Source: a virus. Taken from it: a stretch of DNA of 64,000 nucleotides. The translations under genes and the position numbers were made by a program. Every line of letters begins with the position of its first letter. Position 1 is the first letter of the stretch. The stretch is taken from IMG/VR virus record IMGVR_UViG_3300030331_006276. One strand, 5' to 3'. Shown here piece after piece: positions 1 through 9,668 of the stretch. The notes under the pieces were generated by a model. The model was not told the origin of the DNA and made no database searches. It was given only the letters and a program-made list of their open reading frames with translations.

Positions 1-418
1 GCGGGTCATAAGATGGTACAGTTATCCACTTATCATCTTTCAAAGAATATAAACCAGAAGCAATATGAGGTTCATCTTTGTCTTGCATATACATTTCAAC
101 ATCATGATCTCTAAGATTTACATTATGTCTAAGATTCCATACAAAGCGCGGTCCATCTAAAGACTTTTTAACTAAATCTTCATCTTCATTAATATCTTTA
201 AAATCGATAAGCACATGTACATCTAAATCAGAATATTCATTATAGTTATAATTACTATTACTACCTGTTAAAGTTATATCATGTATTTCAACATCTTGTA
301 AGTCTAAGCTATCAATAAAATCATCAGTAATTGATAAAAGCTTTTTCCTAATGTCAGGATTAAATTTATTATCTTCTGACCAAAATTTTTGATTAAGAGT
401 ATTATTATAAAACCTCAC
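1..418 (-). CDS. Pol-beta-superfamily nucleotidyltransferase (partial; runs off the window start; not in the ORF track)
   Basis: Manual translation from GTG at 418: MRFYNNTLNQKFWSEDNKF...ITLTGSNSNYNYNEYSDLDVHVLIDF...VEMYMQD. It has the GS...DxD motif plus a later acidic residue. A TAAATA box lies 5 nt upstream. Confidence 0.75.
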   Translation of the reverse strand, partial: MRFYNNTLNQKFWSEDNKFNPDIRKKLLSITDDFIDSLDLQDVEIHDITLTGSNSNYNYNEYSDLDVHVLIDFKDINEDEDLVKKSLDGPRFVWNLRHNVNLRDHDVEMYMQDKDEPHIASGLYSLKDDKWITVPSYDP

Positions 419-431
419 AATTATATTTATT

Positions 432-468
432 AAAAAAGCCCGAAGAGGGGTACTCAACGGGCTTTTTA
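432..468. terminator. Intrinsic terminator-like hairpin, probably bidirectional
   Basis: aaaaagcccg-(15 nt)-cgggcttttt inverted repeat with A/T tracts on both sides, just downstream of the 494..1528 (-) gene. Confidence 0.7.
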
Positions 469-493
469 TTGTATTTAATTTTTGAGCGACTTA

Positions 494-1528
494 CTATTCG
501 AAGGCGTTTTTACCTACTGCTAAGGTACCAACTTTATTCTTTCCACCTTTACCATCATTTACAGTATGGTTTAAAGTAGAGCCGGCATCCATACCATAAC
601 CTCCACCGTCTGTTTGCTTAGCACCACCAGCAGGCTTCAAGTTACTAACTTTATTTTTTCCTCCGTGGCCCATATCTACAGTATGATTTAATGTTGAACC
701 AGCATCCATACCATATCCACCTCCGTCTTTCATGGCTGCTTCTTCATCTTCTTCAAACTGACTATCGGTTACTTCTTCAACATCAACGTCAATATCAACA
801 TCAGTTTCTTGCTGTGCGATAGCAGTTTGAAGTAGGTTAGCCATCTCTTGTGCTAATTTACCAGGAATGGAAACTGTAATCTCATCTGGAACATCATCAA
901 CTTCAACATCAACATCAGTTTCAATTCCTAAAGCTTCGAGTTCAGTTACATCTTCAGCATCTTCGCCAAAGCTTTCACTTACCATTACTTTATTATAAAG
1001 TTTATCAAATACGGATTTGCTCATAAAATTATTTAGGCCAGAGCGTGCAATTTTCTCGTGTTCTTCCAAAAATTCTTCATCTTCTTCCTTAGAATCCTTA
1101 CTCATAGACTTTTCAATAGCTTTTCCTCTCTTCTTTTCATACTCTGAAAGCTTACCATCTTTATTAAGATCTGCTTTTTTCTTATTTTTAACACTATCTT
1201 CTTCGTCCTCTTCAGGTCCAACTGCTCCTGTATATGGTACTTGTGCATATTCCGGACCTGTTGGTTTAGGCTCTTGACAATCTACTGGATCATTACCATC
1301 GCCGTATGTATAGCCTTTTATATTATAGATATTATCCTTTTTATCTTTTTCAGACATTTTAGTAATATCAATTAACGGCTCTCTAAATCCTCCTTTCTCT
1401 AATGGACCACCGGCTTCAAGAGGCGCAGCACCAACTTGACCCTCAGGTACGTTTTCATTTACAACAACTTTACTGAAGACATCTTTATATGCTTCACCTA
1501 ATGATACCCAGTCTTTCTTTTTTGACAT
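494..1528 (-). CDS. Acidic late protein with an EF-hand-like loop and a duplicated C-terminal 39-aa repeat; candidate internal head or scaffold-like protein
   Basis: 344-aa ORF, very D/E-rich, contains DLNKDGKLSEYE and two copies of DGGGYGMDAGSTLNHTV; TAAATA box 5 nt upstream. Confidence 0.55.
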   Translation of the reverse strand: MSKKKDWVSLGEAYKDVFSKVVVNENVPEGQVGAAPLEAGGPLEKGGFREPLIDITKMSEKDKKDNIYNIKGYTYGDGNDPVDCQEPKPTGPEYAQVPYTGAVGPEEDEEDSVKNKKKADLNKDGKLSEYEKKRGKAIEKSMSKDSKEEDEEFLEEHEKIARSGLNNFMSKSVFDKLYNKVMVSESFGEDAEDVTELEALGIETDVDVEVDDVPDEITVSIPGKLAQEMANLLQTAIAQQETDVDIDVDVEEVTDSQFEEDEEAAMKDGGGYGMDAGSTLNHTVDMGHGGKNKVSNLKPAGGAKQTDGGGYGMDAGSTLNHTVNDGKGGKNKVGTLAVGKNAFE

Positions 1529-1555
1529 GTAATTATTTATGCTAGCTACTAAATA
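1526..1555. promoter_or_regulatory. Back-to-back (divergent) late promoters
   Basis: TATTTA at 1534-1539 (TAAATA on -) and TAAATA at 1550-1555, each 5 nt from a start codon (1528 on -, 1561 on +). Confidence 0.75.
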
Positions 1556-1560
1556 TTTCT

Positions 1561-3294
1561 GTGGCCAGACAAGATAATATGTTTTATATGGGTAATAAGA
1601 ATTTACCCAACGTAAACTGGAAAGGTGAATATACTAAACAACAAGTAAAAGATCTTAGAAAAGCAAGTAAAAATATTCTTTATTTTGCAGAAAACTTTTT
1701 TCATATTGTAAATTTAGATAGGGGTAAAGAAAAGATACAATTATACAAGCCACAAAAAAGAGCTCTTAGACAGATGAGAGATAATCGTTTTTTCTGTTTG
1801 CTAGCTTCTAGGCAGATAGGCAAGTCAACTATGATGACTATCTATATTCTTTGGCAAGCATGCTTTAATAATGATCAACGTATACTTTTAGTAGCAAACA
1901 AAGAAGCTACTGCTATTGAAATATTTCAACGCGTAAGAATGGCGTATGAGGAATTACCTAACTGGTTAAAACCACCAGTAAAGGAGTATGCTAAGACATC
2001 TATGACATTAGAAAATGGCAGTCGTATAGGTATTACAACTACAACTGGTACTGCTGCACGGGGTCAGTCTGTTAATTGTTTAGTAATTGATGAGATGGCT
2101 TTTATTGAACCTCACTTAGTTGAAGAGTTTTGGAAATCGGTCTTTCCAATTATTACCTCTTCTAAGAAATCAAAAGTGTTTGTGTGTTCAACTGCTAATG
2201 GTACAGATAATCTATTTTATAAATTATACATTGGAGCTATCGAAGGTGATAACGGATGGGCACATGATAAAATTAAATGGAATGAGATACCTGGAAGAGA
2301 TGAAGAATGGGCTCAAGCTACTAAAACAGCAATAGGATCAGCAGATGCTTGGTTGCAAGAATTTGAATGTGAGTTTATTCACTCAGGTGAATCAACTTTA
2401 GATGACGAGCTGTTTGAAGAAATGATGTCAAAAGTATCTAAACCAAAAATAGTTCTTGATGAAGGTCACTATAAGTTATGGGAAGAACCAGATGAATCTA
2501 AGCTATATGTTGCTGGTGTTGATATATCAGAAGGTGTAGGTGTTGATTCTTCTGTTATACAAATTTTAGATATAACTGATATAAAAGACATTAAACAAGT
2601 AGCTGTTTATAGAAATAACAAAATACCACCATTAGAGTTTACTAACAGATTATATAAAATTTTACGTAATTGGGGTTCACCTTTAGCTTTAATTGAGAGA
2701 AATAATTGTGGTGCACAGGTAGTTGATAGGCTAGCTGTTGATTTAGGCTATGAAAAAATAGTTTCTTATGGAAATAAAAATGCTCATAGGCGAAATGTTA
2801 TGCGTGGAATGATTGCACATACAAATACAAAGTATAAAGGCGTTTTAAATATGCGCTATTTTATGAATGAAATTAGAGTAGTTAATGTTAATGAGCAAGA
2901 AACAGTTGAAGAACTTAGAAATTTTGTACGTTACCCTAACGGTACATGGAAAGCTAGAGGGGGTTTTCATGATGACAGAGTAATGGCTATGTTATATGGG
3001 TTGTTCATTTTAGAAAAAGAAATAACAGAGCGGTTTTTTGAAATTGTTGAAGTGGATGATATGGGTAAGCCTTCTGTTATTGAGCCGATGGATTTTGGAG
3101 TAGAATATTTTGAAGATCCAACATCGATCTATTTAGATGATGAGATAGTAGGTAATCATAATAATGAAATGAATGCTCTAGTATGGGGTATGGGTGAGGA
3201 AGTATTATCAGATAAAGATGAACTCGAAGCTTTTGGTTATCAATTACTGAATGAAAAACCACCTACTAATTGGACAGGTGAACGGATTAGGTAA
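1561..3294 (+). CDS. gp17: Terminase large subunit (T4 gp17-like)
   Basis: Walker A region ASRQIGKS, Walker B LVIDEMAF, STANG motif, nuclease motifs GVDISEGVG and HDDRVMA. Confidence 0.95.
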   Translation: MARQDNMFYMGNKNLPNVNWKGEYTKQQVKDLRKASKNILYFAENFFHIVNLDRGKEKIQLYKPQKRALRQMRDNRFFCLLASRQIGKSTMMTIYILWQACFNNDQRILLVANKEATAIEIFQRVRMAYEELPNWLKPPVKEYAKTSMTLENGSRIGITTTTGTAARGQSVNCLVIDEMAFIEPHLVEEFWKSVFPIITSSKKSKVFVCSTANGTDNLFYKLYIGAIEGDNGWAHDKIKWNEIPGRDEEWAQATKTAIGSADAWLQEFECEFIHSGESTLDDELFEEMMSKVSKPKIVLDEGHYKLWEEPDESKLYVAGVDISEGVGVDSSVIQILDITDIKDIKQVAVYRNNKIPPLEFTNRLYKILRNWGSPLALIERNNCGAQVVDRLAVDLGYEKIVSYGNKNAHRRNVMRGMIAHTNTKYKGVLNMRYFMNEIRVVNVNEQETVEELRNFVRYPNGTWKARGGFHDDRVMAMLYGLFILEKEITERFFEIVEVDDMGKPSVIEPMDFGVEYFEDPTSIYLDDEIVGNHNNEMNALVWGMGEEVLSDKDELEAFGYQLLNEKPPTNWTGERIR

Positions 3295-3306
3295 TAAATA
3301 TATTAT

Positions 3307-3894
3307 ATGGCATACAATTCCATGCAGCAATCAATTCTCAACAAGTCAAGAGCTGATAAGTTTTTGCTTGTGTTTGATATACCTCCCATCTTGAGAGAAT
3401 TTAATAAAAAATTTAATCAAGATAACACATCAATTATAAGCGATTCTGTTCAATTTTCTATTTTTGGTTCTGCAGTACCTGAAATAACTGTACCAGCTGT
3501 AGAAAATAGATATTCTGGAAGCACGTTATATGTTACTTCACATAGTAAAAATCCTTATCCCCCCGTAAGTGTTAACTTTAATGTAGATAATGAATACAAA
3601 AATTACTGGGTAATATATCAATGGTTAAATTTATTACATGATCAGTATACTGGTACATATAATGCACGGGAAATAAATGCAAACGATCCAGATGAAAATT
3701 TTAAAGACTATCAAACTAATTTATCTATTTTTGGTAAAGACGAGTTTAATAACAATAGGATAAAATTTACCTATACTAAAGCATTTCCAACTACCATTGA
3801 TCAAATAAATTACAACTACCAAACAGCAGATGAAATTACTTCTGGATTTACGTTTGTATACTCGCAATTACATACGGAAGTTATGGATTTTTGA
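3307..3894 (+). CDS. gp3: Tail completion / tube terminator protein (T4 gp3-like)
   Basis: ITVPAVE...YPPVSVNFNVDNEYKNYWVIYQWL matches the gp3/gp19-fold pattern; lies immediately before the sheath gene. Confidence 0.7.
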   Translation: MAYNSMQQSILNKSRADKFLLVFDIPPILREFNKKFNQDNTSIISDSVQFSIFGSAVPEITVPAVENRYSGSTLYVTSHSKNPYPPVSVNFNVDNEYKNYWVIYQWLNLLHDQYTGTYNAREINANDPDENFKDYQTNLSIFGKDEFNNNRIKFTYTKAFPTTIDQINYNYQTADEITSGFTFVYSQLHTEVMDF

Positions 3895-3926
3895 ATATAA
3901 TTGTCATGAAATAGATAAATAATTTT

Positions 3927-6800
3927 ATGGCACAGCGTACGATTAACTCTCCTGGAGTAGAAATTAGAGAAGCAGATCTTTCACTCACCGCCCCGTTAAA
4001 CGTTGGAACTAACGTATATGTTACTGGTTTCGCGCAACAGGGACCCCTTGATGAAGTTCTTAAAATTACAACTAAACAAGAACTAAATAACGTCTTTGGA
4101 CCTCCAACCAACTCATCTGAAAGATATTTCTACTATACTATAAATGAATTGTTAAATTCACCAGCTAATATATTTGCTAGTAGATTGCCATACGGTCATG
4201 GTACTGGTGATGGATTTGGATCTAAATATTCAGCTTTAGTATACCCAGTACGTAACGTTACTGGTGATTCGCAACTGGGTCAGTTAAGTGCCTTCCATCT
4301 TAATCAAAAATTTAATGCTACTAATTCACATACTGCTCTCTCTGGAGTAGAGATTCAAATTCAATCTGGTCGTGGAGTTCTAAGCTCTGTTGTCTTTGGA
4401 TTTGGCACTGCTAAACCAAGTGGTTCTGCCAACCCTCTTGTGGGTGCTAATACCGGTGCTAGTGAATTCCCTACGACGTCCTCTGTAGGAATTAATCGTG
4501 GTGGAACTACTAACGTAATTCAAATTAGTGCTAGTAAAACTGGTGGTAATACACCTCAATCGATTAGACACGTATTGTCTTCTGTAGTTCGTTTATCAGC
4601 TGGTTATGGTACTAAAGCTGCAGCTCCTGGTGTTAATAACACAATTAAAGTAGATTCATTTAACTTTGCAGCAAGTGCAGGAAATGCACCTAATACTTTC
4701 GCTAGTACTTCTATTAAAATTAGTCTTACTGGTGCTTCTGCACTTAAGACTGTTGGTGTAATTACACCGTCAGTTAATAATCCATTTACCGGTGCTACTG
4801 ATACTTTCTCTATTAGTGCTGAATCTAATCAGCAAATTTCAACTAGCTTAGATACGGCTTCAGCAGTATACGTATTAGGTCAGCCTACACACTTAGAACT
4901 TACTGAATCACAATATCTTAGTGCTTTACAAGGTACAGCGTATACTTGGTCAAAAACTGCTGGTGCGAAAGATTCTTTCAGTACTATTGCTGATGCAGGA
5001 GGAGCCGGCGCTGTTATCTTAAATAAGTCAACGTCAACTATTAATAATCAATTTGAAGGTTTTTATGTTGGTCTTGCTGATAACACAAACACAACGCCAG
5101 GTACTAACTTTAATAATATATTAACAACTAAGACGCTAACACAATCAGCTGCTGCAACAACAACATATACAACAATACCAGCAGGTACGCAAGTGTTTAA
5201 ACTATCAGCTAACTTTGAAACAGGTACAACTAATTCAGTATCTGAAGTGATGGAAAATCTTACTGATTTTGAAATCGATGGAAGAACTGATGATGATGTC
5301 TTAAGCTTAGGTGTATTTAAGTTACGTAAATCGATTTACGCTAATGAAGCATTCAAGCTTGATTATGTATTAGAAGATGGTATAGCTGGATCAATTAACT
5401 ATTATAGAACGCAGCTTAACCCAGCTGGAGGACAGGATATTCCATTCTTTGTAGAATCTCGAGATGATTTATCACGTAACGTTGTTGTTAAAGTTAATGA
5501 TTACGTATCAAATAGACTTAGAGGTACAAACGCTCTAGATGCTAATGGAAATGTTAATAAGAGAATTAGATTATTAACTACTGAGCTAGCTACTAATACT
5601 GATGCTGAGGGTGTAGCAAAGACAGGAATTGATGGATCGCAATATTCAGGCTTAGAAACTGCTGTTGGAAAAGCTGAAAGTTTATTCCCATTAGGTGCTT
5701 ATACCGAAGCAACTGTCGAAGGTAAAGAATTAGGAGATATTCCTAATAAGTTAGAAAGAGCACTTGATGCTATTAAAAACGATGATATCTACGATATTGA
5801 TGTTGTTGTTGAAGGTGGCTTAGGTACAATCTATACTATAGCAAGTGCTGATAATTTAACTTATTACGATGAGTATTCAGCAACATCTGCTGAAGCTGTT
5901 AATGGATTAAGAACATCGAATGAAATTACAGGTGCTGCAGCAACTCTTAGAAATAATTACTCGACTATCTTTAATAAATTCGAGCAATTTGTCTCACCAC
6001 CTTACTTAGGAGGTGGTAGAGGTGATTGTATATTTATTGCTGATCCATTACGTCAAATCTTTGTACAAGGAACAGAAGGTAAGATACTTGATGATAAAAA
6101 TAAGAACTTCCAGACAGATATTTACTGGCCTGTAAGACATCAATTTGAAAACGAGAATACATCTTACGCGGCAGTATATGGTAACTGGGCATTAATATAT
6201 GATACCTATTCTGGACGTCAAGTATATGTTCCGTTCTCTGGATTTGCTGGAGCTATAATGGCAAGATCAGATGCTGCAACCTTCCCATGGTTTGCACCAG
6301 CTGGCTTCACAAGAGGGCTTGTAACAAATGCTAATGACATAGCGGTTAATCCTAATCAAAAGCAAAGGGATGAGTTTTATAAAGCAAACATTAACCCTGT
6401 AGCACAATTCCCATCGCAGGGATTAGTAGTATTTGGACAGAAAACACTTTCAAAGAAATCGAGTGCATTTGACAGAATTAATGTTAGAAGGTTGTTCTTA
6501 AGCTTAGAAAGACCTACTAAGAAAGCTACTAGATTCTTTGTATTTGAACAAAATACAGAGTTTACTAGAACAAGAATAGTTAATACTCTTACCCCAATCT
6601 TTGAAAGGGCTAAGAATAACGAAGGCTTGTTTGATTACTTGATTGTATGTGATGAGAGAAACAACACACCAGCAATTATAGATGCTAATGAGTTGGTAGT
6701 TGATATTTACATCAAACCAACAAGAACAGCAGAGTTTATCTTAGTTAACTTCTTTGCCACTAGAACAGATGCTAATTTTGAAGAATTAGTCGGTGGTTAA
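3927..6800 (+). CDS. gp18: Tail sheath protein (T4 gp18-like) with large insertions
   Basis: N-terminal SPGVEIREADL; C-terminal PWFAPAGFTRG, GQKTL...SAFDRINVRRLF, VFEQNTEFTR, IKPTRTAEFILVNF. Confidence 0.95.
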   Translation: MAQRTINSPGVEIREADLSLTAPLNVGTNVYVTGFAQQGPLDEVLKITTKQELNNVFGPPTNSSERYFYYTINELLNSPANIFASRLPYGHGTGDGFGSKYSALVYPVRNVTGDSQLGQLSAFHLNQKFNATNSHTALSGVEIQIQSGRGVLSSVVFGFGTAKPSGSANPLVGANTGASEFPTTSSVGINRGGTTNVIQISASKTGGNTPQSIRHVLSSVVRLSAGYGTKAAAPGVNNTIKVDSFNFAASAGNAPNTFASTSIKISLTGASALKTVGVITPSVNNPFTGATDTFSISAESNQQISTSLDTASAVYVLGQPTHLELTESQYLSALQGTAYTWSKTAGAKDSFSTIADAGGAGAVILNKSTSTINNQFEGFYVGLADNTNTTPGTNFNNILTTKTLTQSAAATTTYTTIPAGTQVFKLSANFETGTTNSVSEVMENLTDFEIDGRTDDDVLSLGVFKLRKSIYANEAFKLDYVLEDGIAGSINYYRTQLNPAGGQDIPFFVESRDDLSRNVVVKVNDYVSNRLRGTNALDANGNVNKRIRLLTTELATNTDAEGVAKTGIDGSQYSGLETAVGKAESLFPLGAYTEATVEGKELGDIPNKLERALDAIKNDDIYDIDVVVEGGLGTIYTIASADNLTYYDEYSATSAEAVNGLRTSNEITGAAATLRNNYSTIFNKFEQFVSPPYLGGGRGDCIFIADPLRQIFVQGTEGKILDDKNKNFQTDIYWPVRHQFENENTSYAAVYGNWALIYDTYSGRQVYVPFSGFAGAIMARSDAATFPWFAPAGFTRGLVTNANDIAVNPNQKQRDEFYKANINPVAQFPSQGLVVFGQKTLSKKSSAFDRINVRRLFLSLERPTKKATRFFVFEQNTEFTRTRIVNTLTPIFERAKNNEGLFDYLIVCDERNNTPAIIDANELVVDIYIKPTRTAEFILVNFFATRTDANFEELVGG

Positions 6801-6824
6801 TGAAACAAACTATTAAATAATATT

Positions 6825-7361
6825 ATGGCAACAACTATTCAAAACTTCTTTACTAGAGCTGCAGAAAAGCAATTTTCCCGTGACTTTCTATTTCGAGTTA
6901 GGCAAATAGATCTAATCGGTGGAATTAGTTTTAACGGAGAGGACGACCTAGTTTATGCTAGGACAGCAAACTTACCGGGTAGAAATATAACTAACCAAAC
7001 AGTTAATTATTTCGGTCAAGAGTTTCAGGTGCCTGGAAGATCAACTTACGCAAACGCTGAAGGTTATTCGATTGAATTCTATCATGATGAAAATTGTGAG
7101 CTTCGAACTAAAATGGAAGCTGCTTCAAGGGCAGTATTTAACAACGAAACTTCTTTAGGGCAATATGGAATGCCTGGAGAAGAATCAAGAATAAATCTTG
7201 TACAAATTGATAAGAGTTTAAACGACGTGAGAAATATTGAGCTTGTTGGTGCATCTATTAGAGAGATTGGTGATATTGAATACTCTATTGCAGAAGGTGA
7301 AGGTGCTGTATTAAACTTCTCAACTACATTTGCTTACCATTTCTATAGAGACTTTAGTTAA
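6825..7361 (+). CDS. gp19: Tail tube protein (T4 gp19-like)
   Basis: Directly after the sheath gene; ANLPGRNI...VNYFGQEFQVPGRSTY pattern; 178 aa; own TAAATA box. Confidence 0.85.
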   Translation: MATTIQNFFTRAAEKQFSRDFLFRVRQIDLIGGISFNGEDDLVYARTANLPGRNITNQTVNYFGQEFQVPGRSTYANAEGYSIEFYHDENCELRTKMEAASRAVFNNETSLGQYGMPGEESRINLVQIDKSLNDVRNIELVGASIREIGDIEYSIAEGEGAVLNFSTTFAYHFYRDFS

Positions 7362-7398
7362 TTACATGTTTAATTAAATTGCCGATTAAATATTATTA

Positions 7399-8103
7399 AT
7401 GGCGCGTGAACTATACGATTTTCTTAGCAAATATAGTATTAATGGTCCTTCGAGATATGTTCTCTCGTTACCAACGCTTTGGAAGATAGAATTTTCTAAT
7501 GCTGAAACTGTAAGGGGTCAGGTTGATGCTGCATTAGAAAAAGCAGGTGAATCTTGGCGTGTTGAAAATACTCCTGAAGAATTTGTTTCTAATGGTAATA
7601 CTTTAGTAGCGCGTGAAGTTTCTGTTCCAGGTGAAACTACAGAGTTTTTAGAAGCGGGGAGTGATATAAATAAAGGAGGCTTTTTACCGGCGTTCGGTGT
7701 AGAGAAAAGGCAGGGATTCTTAAACAGAAATTTAGGTGTAAATATTTTTGATACTGAGGATGATTTAGAGCATACTTTTTTTAGACCGTGGATGATAGCG
7801 GTTGGAATAGATGGCTTAATTAATAGAGGATTATTATGTCCTAATGTTGTTTTAAGGCAATATAACACTAAAGGGGAGATTCGTAAAGGTTATATTTTTA
7901 CAGATGTATTTCCTACAAACATAGAAGGCTATCAATTAGATTATGATAATGAAACATTTATGGAAAAGAGTGTAACTTTTGCATTTAAAAATTATCGTCC
8001 TATAAAAACAACAAAGGGCCAAGGAACAGATAATCAGCTACCAGTTGGTGATTTTGGTGTGCCCTTTGATCAGTCTATTGCTGATGTTGGTAACATTGCT
8101 TAA
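7399..8103 (+). CDS. Baseplate tail-tube initiator (gp54-like, tube fold)
   Basis: VSVPGE...LRQYN...YIFTDVFPTNI...SVTFAF tube-family pattern; synteny. Confidence 0.6.
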   Translation: MARELYDFLSKYSINGPSRYVLSLPTLWKIEFSNAETVRGQVDAALEKAGESWRVENTPEEFVSNGNTLVAREVSVPGETTEFLEAGSDINKGGFLPAFGVEKRQGFLNRNLGVNIFDTEDDLEHTFFRPWMIAVGIDGLINRGLLCPNVVLRQYNTKGEIRKGYIFTDVFPTNIEGYQLDYDNETFMEKSVTFAFKNYRPIKTTKGQGTDNQLPVGDFGVPFDQSIADVGNIA

Positions 8104-8128
8104 ATGTTAATGCACAATAATTAATAGT

Positions 8129-8923
8129 ATGGATTTATCCTTTACCCTTCTTAATAAGAAAGAAGTTACAGTAAAAGAAATACTCTATAGAGATCTAAGA
8201 AAGTTAGCATTATATAGCGATTCTTCTATATCAAATATAATTAAATTTTTGGAGTCGTTTATTATAACAAAAGGATTAACAGTTGTAGAAAAATTATTAG
8301 CTTTTTTTATCTTAAGAGAAAAGTGTATTGGGGAACAGGTTGCCGTAGGTTCTACTAAAGGTAACGTTAATATAGATTTACAGCTTTTTAAAAATAATAT
8401 TGGTTCTTTTGATGATATACAAGAAGAAGTTGTTGTTGATAATATAGTATGTACTTTAAATTATCCTACTAAGTTTTATACGGGTGATACAGATTTTATA
8501 TTTTCTCTTATAGAAAAATTAAAGATTGAAGATGAGGAAATAGTTGTATCGTTATTATCTGAAAAGGAATATAAAGACGTCTTTAGTCGGTTGCCAGATA
8601 GTATTTTTGGACATCTCGAGGCTTTTGTTGACAAAAATAGATCTCATTTTGATATTCTAGTGTTTGAAGGTAAAGAGAATATGAAAATAGATCCTATTAG
8701 AATTAATATGTTTGATATATCTCTTACTACTTTTATTGTTAGGCTATTTGATTGCGTACAAGATACTGATTATAGAGAAATGATTTTTACTTTAAGTAAA
8801 AGAATACCTGATGTATCATATCTTACATCGTGTACTTTTTTAGAGCTTAATGATTATTATAAATTATACTTAGATGAAATTGAAAAGCAAAACCAAGACT
8901 TGAAAAACCAAAAGATTAGCTAA
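8129..8923 (+). CDS. Baseplate hub assembly protein (gp26-like, with a possible gp51-like C-terminus)
   Basis: Position between tube genes and tape measure; LTLNYP-like segment (VCTLNYP); C-terminal LELNDYYKLYLDEIEKQN resembles the gp51 tail. Confidence 0.45.
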   Translation: MDLSFTLLNKKEVTVKEILYRDLRKLALYSDSSISNIIKFLESFIITKGLTVVEKLLAFFILREKCIGEQVAVGSTKGNVNIDLQLFKNNIGSFDDIQEEVVVDNIVCTLNYPTKFYTGDTDFIFSLIEKLKIEDEEIVVSLLSEKEYKDVFSRLPDSIFGHLEAFVDKNRSHFDILVFEGKENMKIDPIRINMFDISLTTFIVRLFDCVQDTDYREMIFTLSKRIPDVSYLTSCTFLELNDYYKLYLDEIEKQNQDLKNQKIS

Positions 8924-8931
8924 ATATCATT

Positions 8932-9660
8932 ATGAGTAAAAATGTTTCTTCTTTTCTGAATAAGTTAGATAAGCTTCAAGATGAAACTATCGAAGTTTTT
9001 GTACCATCTTTAAAGAAGAAAGTACCAACAAAGCCTTTAAATTTAAAGCAGCAAAAAGATTTAATTTCTTCTGTGCTTGATGGTCTTAAAGGAGCCTTAG
9101 ATTTTAACAGAACACTTAATAAAATTATTATTGAAAACTCAGGCTTATCTGATTTGAAGGTATATGATAAGCTACCTTTTATTATTGCATTAAGAAAAAA
9201 TGCTTTAGGTGATAAAGTAGGTGGTATTGAATTGCAAAGCGTTCTTAATAATATTAAGAATATTCCGTTTAATATAAAAGATACTTTTACTATCAAAGAA
9301 GGTACTTTAAAATTAACGCTTAAGATTCCTACATTAAAGCAAGAAAATATTTTGCTTAATAAATGCGAGCAAGAGATTGATGGAGATCAATCTGTTCTTA
9401 AAGAAGGTGTTGGGACGCTTTATATTTACGAAATAATTAAATTTATTGATATTATACAAATTGAGGAAGATGTTATTGACTTAGATGATATTCGAATACA
9501 TGAACGTATAAAACTTGTTGAAAAGCTTCCTCTTAGTGTTTATTCTAGAATATCTAATTTCATTGAAGGTGTTAGCAAATATAATAATGACCTTCTAACT
9601 GTTGATGAAACAGAGCTTGAGATTGATGCAGAATTTTTCGATACATCGAGTGGTGATTAA
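8932..9660 (+). CDS. Baseplate hub assembly protein (gp26-like)
   Basis: EVFVPSLKKKVPTKPLNLKQQKDLI and LTLKIPTL resemble gp26; synteny. Confidence 0.6.
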   Translation: MSKNVSSFLNKLDKLQDETIEVFVPSLKKKVPTKPLNLKQQKDLISSVLDGLKGALDFNRTLNKIIIENSGLSDLKVYDKLPFIIALRKNALGDKVGGIELQSVLNNIKNIPFNIKDTFTIKEGTLKLTLKIPTLKQENILLNKCEQEIDGDQSVLKEGVGTLYIYEIIKFIDIIQIEEDVIDLDDIRIHERIKLVEKLPLSVYSRISNFIEGVSKYNNDLLTVDETELEIDAEFFDTSSGD

Positions 9661-9668
9661 ATATTTAA

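Noticed and set aside
1017-1277. 86-aa Ser-rich plus-strand ORF
   Set aside because: Antisense shadow of the acidic 494..1528 protein
7358-7380. AT-only inverted repeat after the tail tube gene (ttaatta...taattaa)
   Set aside because: Too weak (no GC pairs) to call a terminator in a genome this AT-rich
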